Positions 24,925 to 39,020 of a DNA stretch of 64,000 bases are shown piece after piece (the stretch's first letter is position 1; each line of letters begins with the position of its first letter). Source of the stretch: Chiloscyllium plagiosum (Eukaryota); the NCBI RefSeq assembly GCF_004010195.1, contig NC_057712.1, positions 39,865,470-39,929,469 of the forward strand. Direction: 5' to 3'. Below the pieces are notes generated by a model. The model saw only the letters and a program-made list of their open reading frames with translations. It had not been told where the DNA came from and did no database searches. The translations under genes were made by a program, and so were the position numbers.

Positions 24925-25460
24925 AATCATAGAATCCCAACAGTGTAGAAACAGGACCTTCGGCCCAACAGGTCCACACTGACCCTCAGTAGAGTAAATG
25001 TGTTGCTGGAAAAGCGCAGCAGGTCAGGCAGCATCCAGGGAACAGAAGAATCGACGTTTCGGGCATAAGCCCTTCTTCAGGCTTAAGCCCGAAACGTCAA
25101 TTCTTCTGTTCCCTGGATGCTGCCTGACCTGCTGCGCTTTTCCAGCAACACCTTTTCAGCTCTGATCTCCAGCATCTGCAGTCCTCACTTTCTCCTCAGT
25201 AGAGTAACTCACTTAGACCCATTACCCTACATTTACCCTGACTAATGCACCCAACCTATTCATCCCTGAACACTATGGGCAATTTAGCATGGCCAATTCA
25301 CCTGACCTGCACACGTGGAAACCGGAGCACCCGGAGGAAACCCATACAGACATAGGGAGAATGTGCAAAATTTACACAGCTAGTTGCCTGAGGCTGGAAT
25401 CAAACCCAGGTCGCTGGCGCCGTGAGGCAGCAGTGCTAACCACTGACCTACCGTGCTGCC
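24925..25460 (-). mobile_element. HE1-like V-SINE carrying a nested Penelope-derived insertion
   Basis: Reverse complement of SINE head at 25400-25460 and tail at 24925-24990. Confidence 0.85.
24998..25193. mobile_element. Penelope-derived inverted-repeat element (family A) with hammerhead core at 25053-25080 (-)
   Basis: Inverted arms of ~70 bp; 14-bp direct repeat cctcagtagagtaa at 24984-24997 and 25194-25207; matches the pLTR of the Penelope at 43423-44125. Confidence 0.88.
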
Positions 25461-25609
25461 TCATAACCTCTGTAGGACCCAGTATCTCCACTAACTTGGT
25501 GATATCATGTGGAGTGATTCAAACTCTCTGGAGGTCCAGCACAGCCGGTCAGGCAGCATCCGAGGAGCAGGAGAATTGACGTTTCAAGCAGAAGCTCTTC
25601 TTTCCTGTT

Positions 25610-26535
25610 CATTCAAGTTTGAAAGTAGATTTAAAGAAACAGCTTCACTGAAAACCGGGTTGCTATTTATTTATCCGACCACCCCTCATGCGACCATAGG
25701 GGTAGCTCCAGCAGAGTTCCACATGGGGAAAACAGTTTGCACCATGTTAAACCTGATCTTCCCCAACATAGTGTGGGATGCAGTGGGGGAACTGCATCAG
25801 GAACACCAATGGGGACACAAAACTCCTTTAGGTGAGAGAGACAGTTTACCTCAGGGGAAGACATTTGGTGCTAAAACCACAGAAATAGGTAAGAGGCATG
25901 GTTAATGTAAGGTCAAGTGCCATGACATGTAAAGTTCAAATAGGTGAGGCGGTCCTGAACAAGCATGTGGACCACATGAAAACTGTAAACTTGCAAATGG
26001 ATTAGAAGCAAAATATACCCTGCCCCTTGGAACACGTGCAAAGACTGTTGGAACTGACGAGTTCTCCCCTTCCTTCTAGCATTGAAGGAACCTTGGAGTC
26101 TGAGATGGACATCTGAGGTGGATGTCACAACCTTGATGTTTTTACCGCCTGAAGAGAATGAATTTTTTCTGAGATGATCCAGGTGCACAAGGAGAGCTAC
26201 GGTCTGGTACACACTGTTTGTATGTAAGGCTGAGTAGGCGGAACCAGATTTGGTGCAAAACACCCAGGAGAGGCAACCAGGTAAAGAGCAGACTTATGTC
26301 CCTGAACTTAGGAGGGGAATGGATGTAGTGATTGTAACGAGGTCAGCCAGGTGGATCTCATAGAATGATGATTTCTGATTGGACCAGATGAACAGCCCCA
26401 ATCAGGGAGTGCTGGCTGACAGATATAAACAGGTGGACCAGAGATTCTGTTCAGTCAGATCAGTGTCAAGTAGTATGTGCATATGAATAAAGGGTGACTT
26501 GGGGATGGGGTATCAGCCTCTGCGGTGGTATTTCA
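25610..26535 (+). mobile_element. Gypsy LTR element 3' remnant (integrase C-terminus, PPT, 3' LTR 26324-26535)
   Basis: LLFIYPTTPHATIGVAPAEFHMGKTVCTMLNLIFP is a decayed integrase motif (YRTTPH..TG..PAEL); polypurine aggaggggaatgga then TG...CA LTR containing a TATA-like box and aataaa. Confidence 0.75.
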
Positions 26536-26951
26536 ATTATTGGCTAGTAAAGTTTGACCAAAACCTCCCTACTATAATGTGTTGTGTTAGATGAAATTGA
26601 ATTTAAATATCTGCTTTGAAATCTTTCGAACTGTTACATGCAACTTTATTTTCTATTTATTCTATTTCATCTTAACTTCATTTACATAATAATGAACATC
26701 GTTGAATATTAAAGCAAACCAGCATCATGTGCTTCTGTTTCAGTGAAAGACCATGTTACAGAAAGAAAAAACAAAATAGATCTGTCAAGCCAGATTTCAG
26801 TCTGGAATCGGACTTGTCCAGTAATTACATCAACTGGGATCATAAGTGTAATATGAAAAGTTTCAGCAAAATGTGCATTCTTTCAGTAATACTCAAGTTC
26901 TGACCCATCAAACATCATGTTCAGGCCTCTGATGAACAAATTTAGGAAATA

Positions 26952-26954
<3 letters not shown>

Positions 26955-26991
<37 letters not shown>
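26955..26991. repeat. (AC)18 microsatellite
   Basis: Direct read. Confidence 0.97.
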
Positions 26992-26994
<3 letters not shown>

Positions 26995-28591
26995 GATATT
27001 TGGAACTTTGTCCTACAAATGACATTTGGCACAAAGTCTAATTCTGAGATTGAAAGTTTTGTTAACCAAAGATATTAAGTGATATTGGACAAAGGTAGAT
27101 AACTTGGGCCATATCTTCTGATCAGTGGTGATGCCATGCACATCACTGCTGACTGCAGAAATCATTGTACCAATAAATGAAATGCACATTCAACCCAGCT
27201 GAAACTACAAAGTCTCATCACAATCTTGGAGAAGACTGGCAAAGAGGATTAGAGAGGGTGCATGGCACTTTTTGCAAATATTGAATGAGCTGTTGTATTA
27301 AGGTGTGATCTTAAAATTCTCAAATGATTCAATGGGACCAATAGTTTACATTGTGGATGGGAGAGTGATGGTGGTGAAAGAGGAGATGGGAATGGATAGT
27401 CAGATTTGGGATCAGGGAATGGATAGTCAGGACTTGACAGTGGTGGAGATGGTAATTTGTAGTGAGCTGAGTCACGTTATTTATCAGTTACACTAGAGCT
27501 AAAGTGGAAGTTAAATGTCTAACAAGTCAACTCTAGGGTTATTGGTTTAAAACAGGTGGAGACTTGATAGAAGATTCATCGATTCCAACCCTCTTCCCAG
27601 CTTTGCTTCAAAGTTAACTGGAGAACTGACAATCCTGACTTCAAACTCTGCTTCTGACTGCTGCATTTCTTCGTCACCAGAGACCACCTACTTCCCCCTT
27701 CTATGGCTTTGACCGCCTCTGTCTTGCCTATATTCATCTGCTGCTCAAACCCTCAAGCATGTCTTGGTTACCCACGGACTCAACAATCAACTGCTCCCTC
27801 GGCCAGTTCCCTATCACCTATAAATCACACCTCACCCAAAACTCTGCATTCCGTGCCCTATAAGACACCAGGTTCCATTCACCCAATGTCCATGTACTTG
27901 TTGATCTACACAGGCTCAAAATCTCCCCAATGCCTACAATTTAACACATTCATTCCTATGTTTAAATTCTTATCAACTCTTTCATTGTGCATCCTTCAAC
28001 CCACCACTTGAGGGCGAATGTTCAGCCTAATCCTCAATTTTGGTAATTTCCTCCTCCCCTCCTAATGCCCAGATAGGCAGGAGTGCACTACAGGAGTGAT
28101 GTTACTTTCCAGAACAGCACACTTTGTTAGAATGCGACATTTTGTCCGTTTATATACACAAATGATTCCAACCTTTAAATCACAGGGAAATGTCAAAAGT
28201 ATAGGCTGCTCCAAATACAGAAATAACTTGTGCCCTTTAATCTAGGAAATATCCCAAAGCAGAAATAAAGACACTTAGTGGAACAAATGTTGATCCATGA
28301 CGGGAAAGATTGGGAAGGACGACCAAGGGCTTGGTTGGAGATTATCTGGGGGAGAAATCAAGAACAAGGGCATAGAATCTTAAAATGGGCCACTCAGGAA
28401 ATCAGAAAGCATTTTTTTCACATAAAAACAAGCAGCAATCTGGAATTTCCTTTCCAAAAGATAAGGTAGTTATCTAGAAAGTAGACAGATATATACTAGT
28501 TAATGCTGAGGAAAGAGCTAGCCATTATAATGAAGATATGGTGGAGTTTGATATCCTGTAAGGATCAGATCCAATGGAAATGTCTTGACTC

Positions 28592-29046
28592 TGGATGTAG
28601 GTTTGCTCGCTGAGTTGGAAGGTTCATTTCCACCAACAAGCCACAAAAAGACATGATCCTCTCTTACTAGTATCCTCACATACGGACAAGGAAGGACAGC
28701 ACTTCGACTGGGACAACACATCCACCCTAGGACAAGCCAAACAAAGACATGCATGAGAATTCCTAGAAGCATGGCATTCCAACCGGAACACTATCAAAAA
28801 ACACATCGAGTTAGACCCCATCTACCACCCCATGAGAAAAATAATAGGAAGTGACTTCACCACAGGAAATGACATCACCAAGCAAACATAAATAGAACGC
28901 AGGAATGTTCAGCAGTGCTTCGCCTGAGGCCACTGAAGCTGTTACCTTGTAGGGTGACGAAACGTTGGAAATGAACCTTCCAGTTCAGCGAGCAAACCTA
29001 CATCCAAAACCTCAACCTTAGCTACAAATCTTCTCAAAACTCACTA
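28592..29046 (+). mobile_element. 5'-truncated Penelope-like element (GIY-YIG C-terminus, pLTR, short inverted pLTR at 5' end)
   Basis: HTDKEGQHFDWDNTSTLGQAKQRHA*EFLEAWHSNRNTIKKHIELDPIY is a Penelope endonuclease tail; 28592-28630 is inverted relative to 28967-29006; degenerate hammerhead at 28933-28966. Confidence 0.82.
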
Positions 29047-29089
29047 TGTCTTGGCTCTTCCCAGTTTGTGGATTCAATTTCTATATTAC

Positions 29090-30030
29090 ATAAAACAGCA
29101 CAGTACAGGCCCTTCGGTCCTAATCCAAGATCAGACTAACCTACATGCACTTCATTGTACTACCTTCCATGTCCAATCCGAGTCGCGTTATTGTCCCTAT
29201 TGTATCTGACTCTACATAGAGTGGTATGTGGAATGCACTGCCAGCATTGGTGGTAAAGAACTTCCCTCTGACACCTCTACTAAACCTTCCTCCAATTACC
29301 TGAAAATTATGTCCTATTGTGATAGACATTTCTGCCATGGGGAAAAAGTCTCTAGCTGTCCACTCTATCTATGCCTCTCATTATCTTGTACACCTCTATC
29401 AAGTCACCTCTCATCCTTCTTTGTTCCAATAAGAAAACCTGTAGCTCCCTCAACCTTTCTTCATAAGGCATGCCCTCCAGTCCAAGCAGCTTCCTGGTAA
29501 ATCTCCTCTGCACCCTTCCTAAAGCTTCCACATCTTTCCTATAATGTGGCGACCAGAACTGAACACAATATTCCAAGTATGGTCTAAGCAGGGCTCTACA
29601 GAACTTCAGCATAAGCTCATGGCTCTTAAACTCAATTCTCCCGCTAATGAAAGCCAATACACCAAATGCCTTAACAACCCTATTAACCGGATGGCAACTT
29701 TGAGTGATCCATGGACATGGACCGCAAGATTCCTCTGTTCCCCCACACTGCCAAGAATCCTGCCTTTAACCCTGCACACTATCCACAACTCCACCAACCT
29801 TCATGCCATCGACAAACTTACTAACCCATCCTTCCACTTCCTCATCTAAGTCATTTATAAAAATCACAAAGAGCAGAGATCCCAGAACAGATCCTTGTGG
29901 AACACACTGGTCACTGAGCTCCAAGCTGAAGACGTTTCATCTCCCACCACCCTCTGTCTTCTATGGGCCAACCAATTCTGTATCCAGACACAGGTTTGCC
30001 TGTATTCCATGCCTCCTTTCTTTCTGAATT
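29090..30030 (-). mobile_element. CR1 LINE 3' fragment
   Basis: ORF 29352-29657 LLRPYLEYCVQFWSPHYRKDVEAL. Confidence 0.9.
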
Positions 30031-30374
30031 ACAAGGGTCACTACTACACTTTAAAAGTACTTGATTAGCTGTGAAGCTCTTAAGACAGAGGTTATGGAAT
30101 GCACCATGTAAATACAGTTCCTTTCTTTATTTCAGTTAGCAGATATCAAATAAGGATGGGAGAATGATCTAAACACTAGAATACAAAGCAAGAAATAACG
30201 TGAATTTCTATAACACCTTTCACAACCCAAGCACATCCTATCATGCTTTATAGAAGTAATACTTTCAGAGTGTCATTGTTATAATATGAAGGCTAGGGTA
30301 TATTACATATATGTTATTTTTCTGTTACTATTCAATCTGATAATCATTGCACAAAAGACATGAAGCAAAAACAG

Positions 30375-30380
30375 TTTATT
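30375..30380 (-). terminator. GPATCH11: Candidate GPATCH11 polyadenylation signal AATAAA
   Basis: tttatt on plus strand ~800 nt downstream of the stop, after an AT-rich, repeat-free 3' UTR. Confidence 0.45.
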
Positions 30381-31177
30381 TTTAAATCTGTAATTTATAT
30401 ACAAACAGAAACAGAAGAGTAATAGGGAATAAAGAATCTAAAATGAAAAATCTGCAGTAGATTCAAAAACTGATGTTAATCATGTGTCCAGCACATATTT
30501 ACCACACACTAGGCTTTATCCTTTAACAAAGAGTACAGAACAAATCATCATTGATGAGGAATCTGAAATTTACAAGCAATTGCCCTCTGACTGATCTCGG
30601 GTATAGGGGAGGTAGATGAATATTATAACTACCTTCTAAGCACAAAACTGCCGATAAATGATTCCATAGTAAATTTGTGAGCAAGAATGAAAACATCTTA
30701 TCTTCTTAATCTTTCCACATCATCTACACATATCCATTTACCTTTGCACTCAGCTGTCTTCATTTCAGACCATGAAAATACCTTGCTGCACCTTGCCGGG
30801 ATTCAGACTTAACAGGCTTTGATCCACAAAGTGGAATTTCAAAGGACAAAGGCAGTATTCCCAGTGAATTGTTTTCAGGCAAATAAAGCCACACAATACA
30901 AGTCAATAAATACAGAGGTACTTTAAAATAAAGTAACAAAAACATGAATATTTTACATGTACTGTAGCCCATCTGTCAAAATGGCATCATTTAGTTCATC
31001 TTCTTCAAATACAAGTTAGAGCACACACTGTTGCCATCAGCATCCAGCCTGGAATTGACAACTGAGTTTTGGAAGTTTTTTTCATATTCAAAACACTCCA
31101 TTCCAGTTTCAGCACAGCAGTTCCAGAGCTGCCACCATCAGTGCTGTTTCTGTCTACTCTTTACTGTGCTTCATCAG

Positions 31178-31233
31178 TCAGCAGTGGTCAGCAGCACAAT
31201 CCCCAGGACAGTTATCACATAGGTCCTCCTCAT
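31178..31233 (-). CDS. GPATCH11: GPATCH11 exon 8 (last coding; DEEDLCDNCPGDCAADHC*)
   Basis: Matches human C-terminus DKEDLSSNCPGPTSADHD; gcag acceptor; TGA stop at 31180-31178. Confidence 0.92.
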
Positions 31234-31469
31234 CTGCCACAAATCATAAGCAACATTTTCAAAATGCTGGAAAGAAGCAAATGTGAAACAGCAGGATATT
31301 TTGAAAAGATTAACACAAACAGAGTCAACATGGTTTTGTGTATGGGGAGTATGTTTGACAAATTTTCTAGAGCTCGATGAGGACATATGCAGAGTTGAGA
31401 AAGGGGAACCAATAAACTTAATGCATTCAGATTTACGATAAGGCACAATAATTTAGCACAAGAGGGAGT

Positions 31470-32090
31470 TAAGTTTTGGGTGGTTCTGTATTGGCATGGA
31501 TTGAAGATTGGCTAACATACAAACAGTTTAGATCAATGGGTCTTTTTCAGATTGGAAAGACTGGTAGAATGACACAAGAATCAGTCCTCAGGTCTCAATT
31601 ATTTACTGTCTATATGAATGAATTGGAGGGGCAGAGCATAATGCATCCAAATATGCCTGTTATATAAAAACGTTGGAGGGCATGTTATGATGAGGACTTA
31701 AGGAATCTGTAAGGGGATTAGATATGTTGAGAGCATGGACAAAAGCTTGGCAGATGGAGTTTAATATAGAAAAATGAGGGGTTAGGCAGATATAGAAAGA
31801 ATCAAAAGGCAGACTTATTATTTAAAAGGAAGAACACTCCAAACCAGCACAGCAGAGGGATCTGGGAGTTCTTGGCCACAAAACAAGCAGTTAGCATACA
31901 AGTGCAACAAGTAATTAAACAGGCAAATGGAATTTTGGTCTTTATTGAGAATGAGTTAGAATTTAAAACTAGGGAAATCTTATTACTAGTGTACAGGGTA
32001 TTAATGGGGCTGCACCTGGAATACTGTGCACAGTTTTGATCTCTGTATTTAAAGAGGATGTAATGGCGTTGAAGGCAATTCATTTTGTTG
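31470..32090 (+). mobile_element. Degenerate CR1 fragment
   Basis: GSVLAWIEDWLT, WQMEFN, LEYCAQF remnants. Confidence 0.75.
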
Positions 32091-33595
32091 AATGAGTAAA
32101 GTGAAATATCACCTCTGGACAGGATAAAGAGTAGGGAGGAAACAGGATGTTTGATGATTGCATTTTAAAAACCTTCATTTGTGGGACCAGTGTGTTGCTG
32201 GCTGGGCCGCATTTATTGCCCAGTTGCCCTTAAGGTGGCAATGAGCTGCCTTCTTTAACCACTGCAGTCCATGTGTAGAGACAGACTCACAATATCTGGA
32301 ATTTGACACAAATGAACAGCAACATGTTGTCAAGTCAAGATGGTGAGTGGCTTGGAAGGGAATTCGCAATTAGTGGTGCTCCCACTTATCTGCTACCCTT
32401 GCTCTTCAAGATGGAGGTGGTCGTGGGTTTGGAAGATGTTGCTATAGGATGTATGGTGAATTTCCTCATTGTTATCTTATAGACTGTACACACTGTTGCT
32501 ACTGAGCATCAGTGGTGATGTTTGTGGATGCCAATCAAGTGGGCTGCTTTGTTCTGGATAGTGTCAAACTTGAGTGTTGTCAGAGTTGCGTTCATCCAGG
32601 CAAATGAGGAGCATTCCATCACACTCCTGACTTGTGCTTTACAGATGGTAGACAGACTTTGGGAAGTCAGGAGGGCATTTACTTGTTTCAGTATTCCTAG
32701 CCTCTGACCTGCTCTTGTAGCCATTATATTATTATAGGGAGTCCAATGAGTTTCTGGTCAGTAGTAACCGTCAAGATGTTAAGAGTGGGGGATTCAGTGA
32801 TGGTAGAGCCCTGAATGCCAAAGGTGGTTAGATTATAATTTATTGGAGATGGCCATTGCTTGGCACTTGTTTGCCTCTTTATAGCACAAGCCTGATATTG
32901 TCCCAATCTTATTGCATTTGGACATGGACTGCTCCCATCTGCCATTTCAAAGACCCCATGTAGGACCAGATGAGATGAATGGAAATTAAGAACTGGAATG
33001 CTGTGTTAATTGAGGGAAGATGAAGTGGGGGTGTCAGGGAAGAAGCTGTAGAAATCAGCACAAATTTTGCACTGCAATCCTCTGAGTTCTGTTTCCTCTA
33101 GCTCTGGTTTCTTGGGCATTTATCACTTCTTCCTCCCTAATACTGAGACAAGCTATTAGCTACTTAGGCCCTCAGCTCTATAAGAGTGTTGGCTGCAGTT
33201 CAAAAAAAAAGAAAACAGGCTACAAATGGTTTCAGGATATTGAGGTCATGTAAGATGCAAAATAAAAGCAGTCCACTCCAGTGGATTTAAAACATGTAGT
33301 AGGTAGCATACATCACCAAACAAGAAAACTACTTTACATTATTTGTCAAATACAAAAGAGGGATATTCAAAATACAGTTAGATACTGAACAGCCCAGTGT
33401 TTGGAATTTTAATGGGCTGAAGGACATTTATGCAACTGATTTAAAAAAAAGTTATAAAACATAATTTATGGGAAATCAACTCAACACTTAAAGTTAACCA
33501 TACAAACCAGAATACTTCACTTCTGTAGAATGGGAATAAAAGGAAGACTGCCACAATCTCACAACTTTCTAAAAATAGGTACAATGTATTTTTAC

Positions 33596-33677
33596 CTTGA
33601 TAAGAAATTGCACACCAGACACAGTAAAAGTATTTCCTCCTGAGATATCTGGTCAAAATCAGCAGTTTTTCCTCAGT
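33596..33677 (-). CDS. GPATCH11: GPATCH11 exon 7 (TEEKLLILTRYLRRKYFYCVWCAISYQ)
   Basis: C-terminal domain motif YLR...YC.WC; ttctcag acceptor, gtaaaa donor. Confidence 0.93.
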
Positions 33678-34555
33678 CTGAGAAAAGAAAACAATACTCC
33701 AATTAACAAGCTTATCTTCTACAAAGAAAATTACAACTCGACAACACATCACATTCCTGCAATCCACAAGTGGTAGTCCACTGTGCTCCTGTACTGCAGA
33801 CGTTCAAACCCATTCTAATTGTGTGATCCTGATGTGGTCACTCACTGTACTCCCACACACCAGATTAATAATGTGTTGCCTTCTCCTACATCAGATCCAC
33901 TGTGTTCCTATATGAGGTAAAGGGAGTAACTTTTGTCCAAATGGCTTCAGGCAATGTGGGAAGATGACAACAGCCAAATATCATGTAGTTTAAAAGAATT
34001 TCCATTTAAAAATCAGCTTTCACGAGTTAAATACTTTTCATAGCTTTTCACAGTCACTTTTTGAAATGCAATATTTTAATGAGAACACTTGTTAATGATA
34101 GAAGAGAGTGAACGCTGCAGTCAAATTGTGCACAGCATGACTTGACAAACAGCAATGTCATAAATATATAACCTGTTGTTGGATGAGGGATAAATATGGT
34201 CAGGTCACCAGGAGAATTTCTCCTGCTTGTTCTCAAATAATGCCACAAAATCATCTGCATTCACCTACGCAGGGAGACAGGGCCTTGTTTCAAGGTCTCA
34301 TCCAAAAAGTGCACCTTTGACACTGCAACAGTCCCTTGGTGTTGCACCAGAATATCACCCTTATTTTGCACTTAAGGAAATGAAGGAAGACTTGAATTCC
34401 CAACCCTCTGAGGTAAAAGTGCTACACATTAAAGTGTGGATGGGTGTTACTGATCGAGTCAAGGCCAGTAGGAACCAGGAAAACATTTCTCTTAATTATT
34501 GTACACAATCTTTAATGAAGCCTTTAATAAGTTCTGATAAAATAAAGACTTTTAC

Positions 34556-34669
34556 TGTGTGAAACATTTCATAATCTTGTCCACTTGATTCTTCATCTTC
34601 TTCCTTTCCACCATCATCATCAATGGAAGTGTGCAACCAATACCATGTTTCTTGTGGAACATCTATACC
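34556..34669 (-). CDS. GPATCH11: GPATCH11 exon 6 (GIDVPQETWYWLHTSIDDDGGKEEDEESSGQDYEMFHT)
   Basis: WYW motif and acidic tract as in human; 114 nt, phase 0/0. Confidence 0.9.
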
Positions 34670-36059
34670 CTGTACATGAAATAATGAAGGACATTTAATG
34701 TAGTATTAATAGCAGGTACATTTAAGTTCTGTATAATCGCATTCTATCTTATCACACTTATACAATTTTGTTAGCGTGTTTCTGTGAGGAATGTGTTGAA
34801 TAACTACAATCCCTCACATAGTGCTTGCACTAAAAGCAAACAGAGGCTCAAAGTGCTCAAGAATTTGTTACATCTTGGTCTCTGACAAACAGTTAGGTCT
34901 GGGTGTTCGACCCGAAGAGAATATCGGTTTTCATGTTTCTGGGGACTTCATAACATTCCCAGCACTCAGGGTGACAGTGAATGCCCACTATTAAATCTAC
35001 AGCTATACCTGCAGAGGTTACTTAAAGTAGGCATGAAACACATTCATATCCCAGTGTGAAAGGGTGAATCAAAGACAGATAAATTGAAGTATAGTACTTT
35101 CTAAATGCTTACAAACAAGGAACTGCAGAGAGATTTGAGAGTCCAAGTATTGAAATCATTAAAAGCTAGCAATCACATACCAAGCAAAATCAAAATAAGC
35201 TAATGGGTTTGGGGACCAGAGGCCTAAAGAAGCTGGTTTACCAAGAGAAGGAAGTTGCAATTCATTTGAGAGTTTTGGTCCCATTAGGTCTAGTGCATTC
35301 AATTCTGGGCACTGCATCTCAAATGATATAACTATAGCCTTCCAGTGTGGAAATCTATTGCTTGTACACACCAATTATCTAGAAATGCTGCAGCAATCCA
35401 AAGCAACCTACAGCATCCTTCTATGACTGTATTTTAGGAAATGGAACATAAATTCCATATTGGGATAAGTGAAATTATTTGTATTATTTATTATTGCTTT
35501 ATGACTAAGGATCAAATGACTACTTTTTTTTTCTTATTCGTGAGATGTGGGTATCATTGGCTAGGGCAGCATTTATTGCCCATCCCTCATTGCCCAGAGG
35601 GCAGTTAAAAGTCAACCACATTGCTTGGGTCTGAAGTCATAGGTAAAAATGGTAGTTTCCTTCCCTAAGGGACATTTGTAAACCAGATGGGTTTTTCCTC
35701 CAAAAATCAACAGTGGATTTGTGGTCATTGTTAGACTCTTAATTCCAGGTTTTTAAAAAAAAACTTAATTCTGCACAGTGGAGATAATACCACTAGGCAA
35801 TCATTTCACCCTATTTACAAATAAGAAGTCTCCCACTTAAGAGGAAAACAAGTGCTTTTTGGAATGAAAATATTTTGTGCAGAAGACCAAGATCAGTTGT
35901 TCTCCATGAAGAAATCTCTCTGCTAAAGTTACCAGTTTCCAGCAATTCATCAAGTGATAGGAAAAATCATGGGTGCCCATTATTCCACATTAGAAACATA
36001 AGTAAAATACCTCTTGCAAATGAACTATGGAAAGTAAAGGTTCAAAAACAGTTCTATTG

Positions 36060-36765
36060 AAAACTGCAGAACTGGTCAGGTAAGTTGCAGTGACAAAAGG
36101 AATTTAGCCTGGAGAAGCGCAAATTGATGCATTTTGGGAGGCCAAACATACCATAGGGACCCACAAGTGTGACATTGAAGGGAATGTCCATAAAACTCCA
36201 AATGTAGTTGGTAAAGTAGCTCAGGCAGCATACGAAATGTTTTCCTTAGTTAGTTTGGCCACAGCTTGAGAATTGTGCGTAATTCTGGCCAAATCATTAA
36301 TGAAAAGGCGTAACAGCATGAGCAAGGTTTTAAAGGAGATTTATGGAGGATGATGCTAGGACTGGAAAGTGCAGGAGTGAGGAATGATCAGATAGACTTG
36401 GATTACATGTGGTTGGGGAAAGTTAGTAAAGAGGTACAAAAGTGTGAGGGGCTCTGAATAGAATTGGTGGGAAATGCCTATTTACCTGAGCAGAGAGTTC
36501 AGCAATTAGGGGCATAGATTTAAATGAGATTGATAGAAAGATTAAAGGGTTGGTCAGGAAAGAGAAGGTGGTAGTGGTCTGTAACTCACTGCCCAAAAGA
36601 GAAAGAGAGGCAGAAACCTTCAACTAATTTAAAAGATGTCTGGATGTGAACCTTGAGTGCTGTAACATGTGGGATTAGGATAAGTGGTTTGTTTTTAAGA
36701 CATTATGACCAAATCAGGCATAGTGGCCTCTTTCTGTGCCTTAAGCTTTCTATGATTCTATATTA
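36060..36765 (+). mobile_element. Degenerate CR1 3' fragment
   Basis: Decayed ORF2 C-terminus and ttctatgattcta tail. Confidence 0.7.
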
Positions 36766-38073
36766 AGACAGGATTCACAGAGATAATATGCTGCATTGTC
36801 AGTGGAACAAAATTAAAGTCTACAATAATTTTTAGAAGTTTTTATCAAATATAAAAACATGCTAAAAATTAAGTTTGCTGCAGGAGTTTTTGTGCACAAT
36901 GGCTAGAAGGATGAGGGTGGAGTGAAGTTCTGCATCAAAATTGGGTGAAATGAGTGCTCCAGTTGCCTGCATAAAGGACACAGTGGCTTCGTGTGGGTCA
37001 TGTTCAGATTCCATATAACCGATGAGACCAAAAAGCACTGACTAAGAAATAAACAAGTGGATAAATGGAGAAGTCAAAAATCCACAGTTCAAGCTTCAGA
37101 TGTGTGCAACAAAAAGCCGTTCAAGGATGATGGCTGCACCAAACAAAATCATTAGATGGTTAATTAAAAAAAAAATTCACGAGGAATCCTGCTTGAATTT
37201 TTGTATGACTTTGTCATCAAATTGAGTTGTTAAGGTACAATCTAATATCAGATTGTTCAAAAACTGGACTACCAGACTCAATAGGAGAGGAAGATGATCT
37301 ATTGTTGAGAGATGATTTTGAAACCAAAAATACCAAATGTTACCATGGAATCCTCATGATGGCACCATAACCAAAATGACTCAATGAATTAAATGACCTA
37401 TTTCTTGTCAATACAAAAGACAATGATTTTTATAGTTTTGAAAATATTTTGATTGTGGTTAAAGATATACTTGCAAAACACATTCAATAAAACATGGCAC
37501 AGTGATTTAATTTGAATTACTGGATTTGTTTTCACATTTCAAACTTTGATCACCTATAGGTAATAGGTAATTAGCTGCAGGTCATATTTACACTAAGCCT
37601 GCAAGTGGATTCCCATTTTTGGAAGGATTCCTCGAGATTTCAAAGGCTTATTTTTGTGGTATATCCATGGTGTTGTTCAGTTCATTCTCTAAGCATTACA
37701 ACATCATTCTATAATTCAGAAAATTCCAAAATTCAGAAATGACTTGACCCCAACCTTCTGGATTGGAGAGACTGTAATATGTTGGATTTTGGGATTTATT
37801 TGGGGGAGGAGGGCAGTACAGATTCACCAGAACAATATCAGGACACAGGGAGTTAAATGACACTGTATGAATTTGGCTTGTAATTTCTCAAGTGGACAAC
37901 TCTGAAAGAGGGTCAAATTGAACTGCTTGTGCTACTAGGAACATGCAGCTAAGAAGGATAAATGAAATTGAGGCACAGATCAACCCTGATCTAACAGAAT
38001 GATTGAGCAGGCCTGAAAAGGCTGAATGGTCTCCACCTGTACCTACAGCCATGTTGAAAGTTATTTGGAATAC

Positions 38074-38164
38074 CTTCTGTAAATCCAGCTGTTGACAGGC
38101 AACTTGACTCTTTCTTAAATCTCCTTCCATCTGAAGTTGATCCTTTTTTTTCCGGACCTGTAGC
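38074..38164 (-). CDS. GPATCH11: GPATCH11 exon 5 (RLQVRKKKDQLQMEGDLRKSQVACQQLDLQK)
   Basis: Matches human EGDLRRSQRACQQLDVQK; tttcccag acceptor, gtattc donor. Confidence 0.93.
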
Positions 38165-38674
38165 CTGGGAAAGTTAGAAATTAGACAGCCATATTGAAAC
38201 TACTAGCTGATTTTTAAAAGCACCAAGTCTGGACAATATAATAATGAATAACAATCTATATTTAAAGAACATCTTTAACACAGAAAATATCCAAAGGAAA
38301 TTTCACAGGAGTATTAACAAACAATATTAGCTCTAAGCCACATCAAGATATTAGGATGGATGACCATACATTTGGTGAAATAGGCAGGTTTTAATAAAAG
38401 AATTAAAGATGGTGAGAGAGGTGGAGAGATTGAAGGATAGAATTCTAGAGCTTAAGGCCTCAACCACAAAGTATCGCTGCCATTGGCGGTGATTAAAAAA
38501 AAACACTTCTCAAAAGAAATTCATGTCTTTCCAAAGTACAATGCCTAGAATTGAACACAATACTTCAGTGGAGGCCAAATCATAGCTTTAAAAGGGCTCA
38601 TCAAAACTCTTATTTTTGTATTCCATATTTCTACTTATAAACCCCAGGATTCCAGATTCCTTTTCAACCACAAG

Positions 38675-39020
38675 GGCAGCACGGTGGCTCAGTGGTTAGC
38701 ACTGCTGCCTCACAGCGCCAGGGACATGGGTTCAATTCCAGCCTCGGGCAACTGTGCAAACACCACATTCTCCCCATGTCTGCATGGGTTTCCTCCAGGT
38801 GCTCCGGTTTCCTCCCACAATCCAAAGATGCGCAGGTTAGGTGAATTGGCCACGCTAAATTGTCCAAAGTGTTCAGGGATGCGTAGGTTAGCAGTATTAG
38901 TCAGGGGTAATTGTAGAGTAATAAGGTAGGGGAGTAGGTTTGGGTGGGATACGCTTTGGAGGGTCAGTGTGGACTTGTTGGGCCGAAGGGTCTGTTTCCA
39001 CACTGTAGGGAATCTAAATT
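38675..39020 (+). mobile_element. tRNA-derived V-SINE (HE1-like)
   Basis: ggcagcacggtggctcagtggttagcactgctgcctcacagcgccagggac head with B-box ggttcaattcc. Confidence 0.9.

Noticed and set aside
11172-39020. tRNA-like heads at 11172, 18945, 38675 as tRNA genes
   Set aside because: Each continues into a V-domain and a CR1-like tail, so they are SINEs.
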